A stretch of 61,327 bases of DNA, counting the filler, from Sphacelaria rigidula (taxonomy: Eukaryota): assembly GCA_964200075.2 (NCBI GenBank). It is 10 parts of 10 records of this genome, joined end to end, with 100 filler letters (N's around TTAATTAATTAA, not from the genome) between each part and the next. Parts side by side here need not be neighbours in the genome. Positions count along the whole stretch, not along the records: positions 49,144 to 55,185 come from CAXNAA020022616.1; positions 55,286 to 61,327 come from CAXNAA020022617.1; 8 more parts are not named here. One strand, written 5' to 3'. The notes under the pieces are model-generated. The model did no database searches, had not been told where the DNA came from, and saw only the letters and a program-made list of their open reading frames with translations. Made by a program: the position numbers and the translations under genes. This document shows positions 49,952 through 61,327 of the stretch, one piece after another. Position 1 is the first letter of the stretch; the number at the start of each line of letters is the position of its first letter.

Positions 49952-51625
49952 GTGTATGGTCTGTGTGAACCTGATGACTCGATGCTGTCTAAATCCATTG
50001 TCCGCCAAGCGCAACGAAAACACCTTGGTACCGAAGATGCGGATGTGCAATCTTTCGAGTCGGACGTTGGTACTGCAATATTGAACAATGAAAGTCGGTT
50101 TCGTGTGCAGGTGCGTGGCCGAAACGTTTTGTGGATTCCGAGTTCTGACAAGCAGTTGCAGGTACGTCTGATGATTTGCGCGCACATGCGCGACGCCGTG
50201 CATCGTGGTGTGACTGCGACGCTCGTGCGCTTGCAAGAGTTTTTTTTGTCTAGCAGGGGATAGAAACTCATGTGCGCGAATTTGTCGGCCAGTGTCTTCA
50301 CTGTGCTGACACGAGGGCGGGTCACGTTGTTCCCCGCCCGCTCGGCGAACCGGTCCATGGGACCACGCCGAATGAAGTCGTTCATTTTAACTCCTTGTAC
50401 GTGGGCGAGAGTGGCCCGCTAGCTTCCCAAGGTTTGTCGGAGGATGCCGGGTTCCGATATATTTTGGTAATCACGGATGATTTGAGCAACTTCGTGGCTC
50501 TGGAACTAGTAGAAGTGTGTACTGCTGAATCGCCCGCTGATCTTTGCTGAATTGGTTCAAATCTTTGGGGGTGCCGCGTGTGTGGGTGAATAATACCGCC
50601 ACGCATTTCAAGAATGCGATCTTGGCCCGATTGCGAGAGGCTTTGCGCGTTGATCACCAGTTTGCGGTAGCGGATTCTCCGTGATCTAACAGTACGTGCG
50701 AACGCATGGTCAAGGGAGTAGTTCGTGCTCTTCGCTCTATTCTTCTCGAGCAGCGTAGAGCGGTTTCCGAGTGGGTGGACGTGTTGCCGGCGGTGCAATG
50801 GGCGCTTAATACAGCGTATCGTCGTCGTTACGATAGTACGCCGTACCACGTGATCTTTGGTCGTGCTCCTCGGACGTCTTTCTCGGTGCTAGCGTCTTCG
50901 TCGGCGGGGGGAAGGAATTGTGATGTTTCGGACGATATGTAAATTAAGAGTGAGTTGCATTGCAAGGAGTCTTGAACTTACAAGAACGCCTTCACGTTCA
51001 AGTGCAGGGACGTGTTACCGCTGAACGTGCGCGTAGATGTGGGGGATCCTCTTCGGGGCTGGAACTGCCGAATTTTGAAGTCGGCGACTATGTCTTGTAT
51101 GCACGCGTGCGTCGTCCGGGTGTTACGCCCAAGTTGATGGCGACTTGGACTGGTCCATGGAGAGAGGTTGGTGCTCACCACCCGCAAGTGTTTGAGATTC
51201 AAGACATTGTTTCGGGTCGTGTTCAGACCGCCCATGTAGCTCGTTTTCGTTTTTATGCAGGCTCGCAGCTTAGTGTTACGGCTGACGTCAAGGACGTGTT
51301 CCAGCATGCTTTCAATCAGGGGCAATTTCAGATGGCTGGTATTGCCCGAGTGGCAGAAGCAGACGATCGTTCGTTGATCGTGTTGGTCGACTGGGTTGGT
51401 TTACAAGTTGAGGAGCGTACGTGGGAGCCTTTCAAGGATATGCTTGAGGCCGCTCCGGAATTTCTTATGAAGGAGTTGCGTAGATTGCGCGTGACTCGTG
51501 CTGTTGCTGCTCGTATTTCGAGTGAGTTTGGTATTCAATTGTGACTTACTCATCGTTTTGGCGTTTTCCATGTTTCAAGCTTGTTAATCGATTTTCGTCC
51601 AACGTGCTTTGGGGGTGCTGTGACG
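49952..51625 (+). mobile_element. Ty3/Gypsy integrase with C-terminal chromodomain, degenerate; probable 3' LTR start near 51619
   Basis: H2C2 finger (CAH..VHRG..FVGQCLHC), rve core (YILVITDDLSNFV; ERMVK; WVDVLPAVQWALNTAY), GPY/F region (FEVGDYV..KLMATWTGPW), chromodomain (LVDWVGLQVEERTWEP). A G-rich tract is followed by TGTGACG. Confidence 0.9.
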
Positions 51626-53889
51626 AAAATACGCCGTACGTTGAGTTGGTAGTGATGATATGGATAATGACTGAGGGCACGGACATTCTGGAGGGCTTTG
51701 GATAATGACCGGGGGCACGGAGATGATATCTGCAGGTCTAGAAAGCTGGTGCCCTGGAAGGGCACTCCTGAGTGATGAGAATGTTGTAAAGGCTGACAAC
51801 TGAGACTGAGGCCAGTAAGACTGGGGAGTCCCTCAACAGCAGTGATCCAACAGTGTTTCCACTGGCTGGCGTCACAGGTTGCACAGTGATAGTACAACCA
51901 CTTGCTTCTGCAGCAGACAGAAAGTAGAAAACGACAGATGGTGTTTGGGGCTCGTCACTTGGCCGAACAAAATCAAGCAGCCTCTTTAGCAAGCAGAGGG
52001 CTGGAGGAAACGAAGGATATCTGGGTAAGCTTGTGAGAGTGATTGCATAGGCGGTAGTGGTTACCGAATCCAAGCACACTCAAACCTGGAGCAAAAAGCA
52101 GAAGTCTCTACACGTACCTGAGATCAAATCTTGTAATCAAATTCAAAATTGGTACTGCTGACGAGGTAGCCTTGCCAGCTCTTTCGCTTAGATCAACTGC
52201 AATCTTGCGCACAAGACATTTTATAACCTACTTGGCCTAAATACTCTGCCAGAACATCTTTGATGGTCAGATCATGGCAACACGCCTACTCCAGCAATAC
52301 CCTGCTCGAAGTATCATTCAAATAAGTAGACTATAAATGAACACAGAAGAGGCGCTCTCAGTAAAAAAGAAACGTGGTTCGCGATTTCCTTTAACCATTA
52401 CAAGTTGTATCGCTTATCTTCGTTGCAACGACTTCATTCAAACGCACTGAATATAGACTGTATCATCTAGATTCGCCACCCCCCCCTCATGAATGAGATG
52501 TCGTTACCAGAGTAACGTAGTGTACTACTCAACACGCTAAGTGTAGTAGTAAGAAATGCATTCAGAAGAAAAACAACATACATCATACGAGTACTGCTGT
52601 GCCATTCCCTGGTTATGCTGGACTGTCACTTTTTCCAACAAAAGCCAGCCCAAATTGGTTAGACCTGAAAACGTTTCATCCGTATGCCCGCGTATATGCT
52701 TTTGCGCTACTTGCATAGGCATCAAAATTTTGTGAGCCCTTTAGACAGAACGAACAATAACAATGTGCGACGAAATCTTTCTAAAAGGGTCTGTGAGCCG
52801 TACAGTCGTCACACGTGGCATCAGATGCCTATATACCCTGTAAAATCAACGAATAGAACATCGTTATCACGGAATATCAACTCGAGAATTGCTTCTTGAC
52901 ACGAAAGTTGAGCCATAGAGGTCACTACATGCACTTGTATTTTTTGCAGTGTGTACCCTGAAATTTTTGAAGCATATCATACATATGCCTCCAATAATAA
53001 ATCAAGGCAAAAATGAATCATGTACATGTTATACGCGATGCATGTGGTACACTATTCTGTGTCCTACAATGTACATCGATCATATGCACAGGAAGTTTTT
53101 TCCTGTTTACCCACAATCAATCATGCTTATCAACATTTATGCAAAATAGCAAGCCCAACAAGAACATAATACACACCTTACTGATGTGTATTATCGTTGT
53201 ATCACTTTTTTCTGCCCCAACGTTTCTGAGCGCGACTGTTACAGCTAGTTGATACTCGAATCCAAAGCATATGGGCTTAGTACGCAATCAAAAACTTCTG
53301 TACACAAATTGATGAACGAATCCACCCTTGTACGGTACAATACTCGTGCTAGACAATTTTCAAATGAAGCAAGGTCCTGCATACAGACCGATGCAGTAAA
53401 ATCAGTGACGAACCCTCAAACCAATTACGACGTACTTACCAACCATGCGCGATGGCGTACAGCCAATCTCTCCTCGAATAATGTTCCAGGAAATTTTTTG
53501 ATACTTGTGTACAGTCAAATGAGCATTAAAAAGATATACGTCCACAGCATGGTTTTCTGCGCTACCAGTCATGCATTCAGGAGCAAACATCGAGTAGTGG
53601 CGTTCGTTGACCTCGCTGGGTCCGTACTCGATAATGATATTATAGTTGTAGTGGCGTTCGTTTATCTCGTTCAGCCTGTTCTTGGTGGTGATGCTGTAGC
53701 TGCTCGCCTTAGTCCGTGCCCTCACTCTATCGCAGTTGCTTAACATGTAGTAACAGCGGATCCTAGAAAATGGCGTCGATCTCAAAGATGAGATTCAAGT
53801 TGCACATACTTTTTGCAGAGATGACGCGACACAGTTATACACAGGACGAAATAATCTTTCCCCCCCAAATTTTGCAGCAGTGGAGAAGT

Positions 53890-54372
53890 TGTGGCTAGGT
53901 GCACCCAACGAATGCGGTGCACACGCGCGTCGATGACGATATCACCAGAGAGAGAAGCAACGACAGAGAGGAAGCTCCTCGCCCGCGGCCTTTGTGTGTC
54001 CTCGCTCGGCGATTACCAATCGCTCGAGAGACTGGCATCATGCATGTTACCGACTTGTACCGAATTTTTCATGTGGTAGGGATGTTATCATGTTGCTGCG
54101 CACAGTCGCCCAAAGTACATGGAGGTGCGGAGAGATCGCGTCTCTTCTTGCCTGTGGAGCTCACCAATGCGAAGGTTGATTTTTCTCTGCCTCTCGGTTT
54201 GGACAGGACGCGCTTCTGTGCGCTGAAAAACATGCCGTTGAAAAACAGTGCAATGTTCCCATCACTGCTACTACTGCTGTTCTCTGTCACACACATGCCC
54301 GCAAGGGCGGTGCTGCGACAATAGGAAAATATATAACTGAACTTGGGGAGTGTTGTTCATCGCTGGGTTCAC
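53890..54372 (+). repeat. Second copy of the interspersed repeat at 36860-37310
   Basis: Collinear reverse-complement match. Confidence 0.9.
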
Positions 54373-55371
54373 CCGACATGTATGTGACCATCTAGGCGCC
54401 CGACCACAACAGCATGCCACAGGCCAGTTGGTGTGTGTGTGAGAGAGAGATCAAACAGTTGTGGAAACTTTCTTGATATGCGGAGTGATAACAGATACCT
54501 ATGTGACCTAACGTTTTGAGCGTGGTGCAAAGGGGTGTGTCAATGCTTCAATCTGGAGCTTTCGTCGCTCTACTTTGCTGACTGCCGTCTGCACAGAAGT
54601 CGCCCACCGTAACAACATGTAAGTACCGAATTTCGGAACAGCTATGGAAACAAAACAGTTCGATTTGATACACGACGTCCACATGATTCAAATCACTCTT
54701 GTGACCTGAGGGAAAGTGGTCTCTTTTGGTCCGGCCAAACCTGCGAAGACACTGTCTAACAGCATTACCAAGCTTTGCTGGCATTGACATGTGCCAATCA
54801 GTACAGAACCGAACAGAAATCGACAGTTTAACGTTCTTATTAGAAAGCAACGAGCATAAAATGGTTTGCACGTGGGAAAAGTGGGATTTTCACACAGGAG
54901 AAACTCTCTATTCTCCACGAGTGTTACATGCACTCGCAAAAACTCTGTCGGCGTTCTTTAATATCTGCTCGGGAATTGTGCTACAGCTTGTGCGGCACCA
55001 CGCGGTACAAAACTCACTGTAACTGAAAATCCAGTCTTAGCCGTTTTCTTTTGGCTAATTTCGCCGCACATAGTACCCTCAGCTCTTTACACTTTCGCAC
55101 TTGACTACGGAGTCATCCTACGATAGGGGGGGGGGGGGTATTTGGTTGCACGAAAAAAGAGGCTCATAAGTGTGTCAGCCCTCCTNNNNNNNNNNNNNNN
55201 NNNNNNNNNNNNNNNNNNNNNNNNNNNNNTTAATTAATTAANNNNNNNNNNNNNNNNNNNNNNNNNNNNNNNNNNNNNNNNNNNNGGGGGGGGGGGGGGG
55301 GGGGTGGGGGGGGGGGGGTGTTGTGTGGTGGGTTTGCTTCATGATTTTGCTTTTTTGTATTTTTTTCACAG

Positions 55372-58300
55372 GACAACATCCCACCGGCGATTCTGAAAAA
55401 AGTCAAGCCGTACGTGGAAAACCCCAACATGCAGGTGGACGTGGTGACCAAGGTGTCCAAGGCTGCTTCCGGGCTCTGCATGTTCGTGCACGCCATGGAC
55501 GTTTACTCTAAAGTAGGTGCCTGACCGAAGTTTGTACCACCGTTACATAGCTGACTGACGCTAACGATATAGAGCAGGTTGAAGGTCTGACGAACAGCGA
55601 ACACGAGGGTTCAGAAAAACGTTTGATGCCGTCATCTACCTGCAAGCATTGTCTGCCCGGTTGCACGACCGCGTAGAGCCCCTGTATCCGAGTACGAATA
55701 CTTGTCTTTTTGTATTCTCCCCGGTAGAAATCATTCGGAGAACCTGCCTGCACCTCTTGAATATTCGTGTGGAGGACGACAGGATGTAGAGATGATCAAC
55801 CGCCGGAATTTTACCCCGCCGATTATGTTACGCACCAAAGGGCGCACAAAAGCAGCTGAAAAACAGTCACAGCACGAATAACGCTTCTTCTCGGTGGTCC
55901 GTAGCCGTCGTTTGCTGCGCCCTGCTGGGCTCTGCTACATCTTGGTGGTCCGTAGCCCCTTGCCTAATCCTCTTGCGCTGCGTGTACGCCTGTTGTCAGG
56001 TGGCCAAGGTGGTTGCACCGAAGAAGGCTCGGCTGGAGGAGATGAACACCATACTCAATGCCGCAAATGCTACGTTGGCTACCAAGCAGGTTTGGCTCAA
56101 AGAGTTTAGACTACAAGACTCTCATTACTTGGGTTTAGAGGATCCCGACACAAATGACTTGGGGTTAGTATGGTATATCGAATCACTTGGCTCTAATGTG
56201 GTGGGTATAAGTCCTGTAAAATAGCCGAAATGTCTCGAGTTCAGACTGCAATAATCTAATCACTTGGGTGTAGACTGCCCCGACACATATGACTTACTAC
56301 GGGACGAGGGGAGGGCATTTTAAGCACAGGACGAGTCTGTCTGATCAGCCTTGAAAACTGCATGTACCCCCCACAGTATACGGGTATGTACAGTATGCGA
56401 GGGTCGAGTCGCACTGAGAAAGTCTTCCGTCTTCAAAAGAGGCATAGGTGTTAATGATCGACTCACCAGTGAGGAAAACGTACTCGCATACGACTTAATC
56501 CCAAGCATAGCACATGGTTACTATTTGCTTTCAGAAAAATTACAGGAACGTCACATACTTGGTCGCCGAATGGAGTTTTCGCCCGTGACGTACGGGTGTT
56601 ATACACACGCATTTCTTTTGTGGAAGCAGCATGGGCGTAAAACAGTCCCATCTGCAGCAGGCACGGTCTCTTTTTTTCACCACGCTCTCGAGAGGGTGGT
56701 ATGGTACTGTATTCTCGGCAAAACACCTTGGAAAGATTCACCCCGCTGCATAGTGTTTCCACATTTTGATGACGTACATGACACAGTTTGTTTTTCACTG
56801 CGTTGATCGTGAGGGCGTCAACGTTCTCGCCGACACGTTTCCAGCTTTATTTCGTCAGCATGTTGCGGAGAAGCAAAAGTACGCAGCGCGACGTTACCGT
56901 TCAACAGGGGATCCCGACGAGTGGGAAGGACATTTCTATCTGGAAACGAACTGAGGTCGAAATTGTGTATACTATTGCAACTGGTACCCGCCGGTCGCTC
57001 CAGTGGCTCAGTTAGTAGCCTCGAAACCTTCTGACGGTTGGTTCGTGGGTTCGAATCTCGGAGCGATCTGGGATTTTTCTCACACAATGCCCAACAGTGG
57101 AGAGCGACTATGTCGTGGGTACACGAAATTCGACTCAATAATGTACGAGGGAAAGGGACTGCTGAACCCCTCTCGCGATAAAAAATAAAGGCAAGCACCG
57201 CAGAAGGAAGGTGCAGAACTAAAACAAAACAAAAAAGAAAAACGCTTTTGTTGGCCTCTTTCCTGTGTGACACCGGCTGGTGCGCCCGCATATACCGAAA
57301 GGTGTAGACCGGCGTCCAGAATAGATGGGACGACAGCACACACACATACACACACACGTAAAACGTAAAACGTAAAACGTAAAACGTACCTTTGAACGGT
57401 TCAAAGGTACATTTGGCGGGTACCAGTTGCAATAGTATACACGATTTTAACCTCAGTTCCTTCCTATTTAACACACCATTCCCATTTTTCAGGATTCCCT
57501 GATATTTCTTGAGTCGGAGATATGTAGCCGTTCTTAACCCCTCTCTCTCTCTTACGCTACATCCGTCTCCAACTTGCCCTGCCCCTCTATAATATACCAA
57601 CTATCAGTTGGCGTAAAATGGCAGCGATGAACTTTCTGAAGGACTGCGATGATATATTTTGGGACATTCACTCTTTTTGGAACTTTTTTTTGTGTGTTTG
57701 TGTTGAGAAGTGGAGGTGCTACCCTTTCATCTTTGGTCTTGGGCTATAGAACACTTTTTCCCAATAACTACCCCAGTCACCGATTTCACGCGTGGTGTGC
57801 GAATTGGTTCCGTCCAAACAGTCCATGTCGCCGTACTAAATACATGAACAGTAGATAGCCCTATTTCAGTGGATTCGCGTGTAGCAGAAAACATAACTCT
57901 CTGTCAATCTTCAACTCCTGGGGATCCGCCACAACAGGGTGCAAGGCTCACAGTTGGCCTTAATGTCGATGAACTTCTTCTGGGTTGATGCAGGCCGAAC
58001 TGAAGGCGGTTGTGGACAGGGTGGAAGCACTGGAAGCCCAGTGTGCGGCGACGGTCGGGGAGAAAAAACGCCTCGCCGATGAGGCGGAGACCACCGCTAA
58101 CCGCCTCGTGCGCGCTGAAAAACTGACATCCGGTCTTGAGTCGGAGGGTGTGCGTTGGCACGCCTCGCTGGAGAGCCTCGGGAAGCAAAAGGTGGGAACC
58201 ATGGGCGTGGTAGAAGTGTTTTGAAGACCGGGTGGACAGTGTTGTCGCTTCCTCTCGAGCTTTTTGCTTTCACTATTATCGGCTTTTTTTTACTCCGTGA

Positions 58301-61170
58301 TAGATAGAGCAAGCGTGACAACCGTTAGGCCGTTTCCACGTTGGATATCCTTGGGCGGTGGGGAGAGATAGCGGACCGTGCTGTGTCAGCATGAGAAAAG
58401 CAGACGCTCAGTGTACGGTCAACGAGCGAAATCACTTGTGCGCTGTCTTGCGACGAACCGGAGCGGTGCACCCGCAACACCGGGGGAAATATGGCACGGA
58501 AGCCGTACGTTTTTTCTCCGCCACGATTGGAACACGCTCGCCCCATCTAGTCCTCCCCGCGCCTGCACCACCTTCAACAAGTACCGAAAAAACAAACGAA
58601 GATGAGCAAACAGCGGCTCACCGATGGATAGAATGAGGGTTACCAAGTATGATGTGCGCGTGAGTTGTCCACGGTTTTGGATTATCGGTTAACACCCATG
58701 TGGAGATATGGATATCCATATCCCAAATAGCTATCCCCGAAGAATATTCTAGGTCGGCATCCCAAGTCGACAACCTAGATGATGGACATCCTAGATGGAT
58801 GTAATAAATATGAATATATCCCGGATGGATATCTAAGGTACATCTGATACCCCAGATGAATCTCTCAGGGGGACATGATAGGTCAGATTGATGTCCCAGA
58901 AGAAAAAAAAAGACATCCCAGATGGACGTTACATCATAATAGAGGTGTACCGCATATTCTACCTGATTCGCTAGAACTCGTGTCATTTGCGCCTTTCCCC
59001 TCCTGTGTCTTTTTCCCGCCCGCGCACCTTCTCGTGCTCCTCGGGAACAAAACTCGACAGGAGGCTTTGATCGGTGACGCTTTTTTATCGTGCGGTTGTT
59101 TGTCCTACTACGGTCCGTTCACCGGGAGTTACCGCGACGAGTTAGTCTCGTCTTGGATGGAAAGAGTTAAAACGGAGGGGATACCCTGCGGCAGCGATGG
59201 TGGCAAAGGGGGCGGGGGCGGAAACAACGATTTTTCATTGATTGACACGCTCGGCGATCCAGTTGAGATCCGAGGATGGCAGAATTATGCGCTGCCCACC
59301 GACAAGGTAATGAGCAACTTGAGGTATAGAATCGGGAAGAATGCGTGCTTTTCTGCAATTTTTTCATTTTGATTTTTCGTAACAATGACCCGGTTGGTTG
59401 GTACCTGCACGGTAGGTGGGAGAGTTGGTCACATGCAAAAGAATATATTCTGCGGCTAGTTTTGGTGTGCAACATTGAACGTATTCAGCCGTCATTGCTG
59501 TCTTCTGGTCGACTGATCAGATTTTTTTAGTCTCACCCACGTTTACGTGAGATTTGAAGCGTGGTACATGAAGCCACCCAATCTCCTTTCTCCATGAGTT
59601 GCACCCTCCCGCCCCGACTGCTTTTTGTCACTCCCGCCTCCATGGTGTTCTCGTGATGGAAAATAACAAAAACAACAAGAGTGGTGGAATAGGCAAAGCA
59701 CGTCTTGCTGTCTCATTGATGTTCGCCCCTGTCAAAAACTCCAACACTCAGCCTCGGATCATCTGACTGTCGTGCAACTTACCGATTTATCATTGCCTAG
59801 GCTTTGTAGGATCCCCGCCGAGTACTTGACTTCAGATTGGGCTGAGCAACTACTCGGATACCTGAGAGTATCGCCACTATCACTCGCTTTTGACGCAACC
59901 GAACCCGTCGTTGCTATCATTCTGTTTTCGCCAGGTGTCTACGGATTCGGCCATTCTAGTGACGAAGGGCACAAGGTGGCCTCTGATGATAGACCCGCAG
60001 GGTCAGGCCAACAGGTGGATCAAGAAGATGCACGAGGGAGACGATATTGAGGTGCGCAGAAATCCGCGACATTTCACGTATGGTTTTCAACTGTATCCCT
60101 CCTAGAAGAGGATTCAGTAGCTGTGGACGTCATGCCCAGATTAGGTGCCAGCAGAAGCACACCCAGGTCATTTTGGTGTGAGTGCGGCCCTTGAATGAAG
60201 AAGAAATAATAACCAATGGAAATGTATATGATAAACAAAATAAGGCGAATACGCGCAATAAAGTAAGTGTCTTAACGGCGCACCTGCTATTGTTTTTCAT
60301 CGTTTCGCGCGTTCTTGAGGTCACAACCATGACGAACGCGAAGCTCTTGAGATCTCTGGAGAACTGCATCCGAGTGGGAAGGCCACTGCTGATCGAGGAC
60401 ATCACGGAACACATCGAGCCGGCGTTAGAACCCGTCCTACAGAAAGCAACTTTCAAGTGAGATTTGATCTCGTTCCCACTTGTTTTGACCCCGGCGAGAC
60501 CTCGCCTCACGACCATTGCCTTCCTCTTTCTTGAAGAAATGAGTACCTCACATGCTTGGTTTCTGCGCGATAACACGGTGTCAGTTGCTTTTGAGTAGAC
60601 GCCGGATGGTTACTTTAATGTCCTTCACCCCCTTCCCAGCTCAATAGCCGTATGACTACGGCATGCAAGATCATGGGTACACTCCCCTCCTCCCTTCCAC
60701 AAGCAACCCGTTTCCCCTCATTTCTCAGTCTACATACCGTGCACACCGGCCCTTTTTATGTTCCAATGGTAAGATTGTCCACTACACAGGCGTTGTTCCG
60801 ACTTGTACTCCAACCGATTCACTCATCACACGGTCATTATCTACATGGGTTAGTACGCCATTTTTTCTTCATCTTGTGGGGGCAACCAACCCCTTGGTAC
60901 TGTTGTGGTAATTTTCATGTACGGGTATTATGCTACATATTCACCGAGGCTGCCGCCCTCCCCGCCCCCGCCCCCGGCTCCTGCAATAGACAAGGCAACC
61001 GTGTCCTGATTCGCATTGGAGACTCCGACGTGGACTACTGCGACTCGTTCAAGATGTATCTCACCACCAAGATGCCCAATCCGCACTACCTCCCTGAGGT
61101 GTGCATCAAGGTCAACGTTATCAACTTCACCGTGACCATGGATGGACTCGAGGATCAGCTCTTGGGGCAG
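55372..61170 (+). CDS. Axonemal dynein heavy chain (stalk/MTBD to AAA5; inner-arm DNAH6-like), partial. Exons 55372-55512, 56000-56089, 57994-58191, 59061-59306, 59935-60051, 60320-60456, 60990-61170
   Basis: In-phase splicing gives [121 protein letters not shown]. Confidence 0.95.
56948..57459. mobile_element. Palindromic MITE split by a SINE insertion (dynein intron)
   Basis: 45-bp arms 56948-56992 and 57415-57459 are reverse complements with 3 mismatches. Inner hairpin GTACCTTTGAA-CGG-TTCAAAGGTAC at 57386-57410. Confidence 0.85.
56993..57385 (+). mobile_element. tRNA-derived SINE
   Basis: The head has Pol III A-box-like TGGCTCAGTTAG and B-box-like GGTTCGAATCT at tRNA-like spacing. The 3' end is (CA)n followed by (AAAACGT)n. 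The body's 3' part recurs at 41500-41628. Confidence 0.75.
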
Positions 61171-61327
61171 GTATAAGTGAGAACTTCGAGGAGGGGACAG
61201 AAGGGATGGAGACGGGAACGGCGCGCGCGCGGGGGGGAGGGGAGGCGGGGGGGGGCGTACTCATTTGTTGCTTGCCTTAGGGGAGGGAAAGGGGAACGCG
61301 CATCGGGTGCGGGGCCGACAAAGGAGG

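Noticed and set aside
53000..53785. MULE transposase remnant (FVTDF-like motif on the minus strand)
   Set aside because: Too degenerate; no supporting motifs or TIRs seen.
56993..57068. Functional tRNA gene
   Set aside because: It has A/B-box-like motifs but continues into a repeated body and a simple-repeat tail, so a SINE head fits better.

Overview
This window is not one locus. It is ten unrelated contigs of about 6.04 kb (6044, 6043 x5 and 6042 x4 bp, i.e. sorted by length), joined by nine artificial 100-bp spacers (44 N + TTAATTAATTAA + 44 N). The DNA is eukaryotic and rich in introns and transposons, most consistent with a stramenopile, probably a brown alga (inference only). Four host genes can be partly reconstructed by hand with GT-AG introns and consistent phases. 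(1) A BT1/folate-biopterin MFS transporter (contig 3, minus). (2) A lytic polysaccharide monooxygenase-like protein (AA15/AA10-type) fused to a C-terminal fungal-type CBM1 (contig 4, minus). Its six visible exons are intact but the first exon is off the contig. This is the most interesting item. (3) The 3' end of a PP2C phosphatase (contig 7, minus). (4) Seven exons of an axonemal dynein heavy chain (contig 10, plus). The rest is mostly decayed mobile DNA: three Ty1/Copia fragments, a chromodomain Ty3/Gypsy integrase, three LINE fragments, a tRNA-derived SINE nested in a palindromic MITE, a GAG...CTC/4-bp-TSD MITE family, foldback/TIR elements and tandem repeats. No multi-gene system can be claimed, because adjacency across spacers is meaningless.
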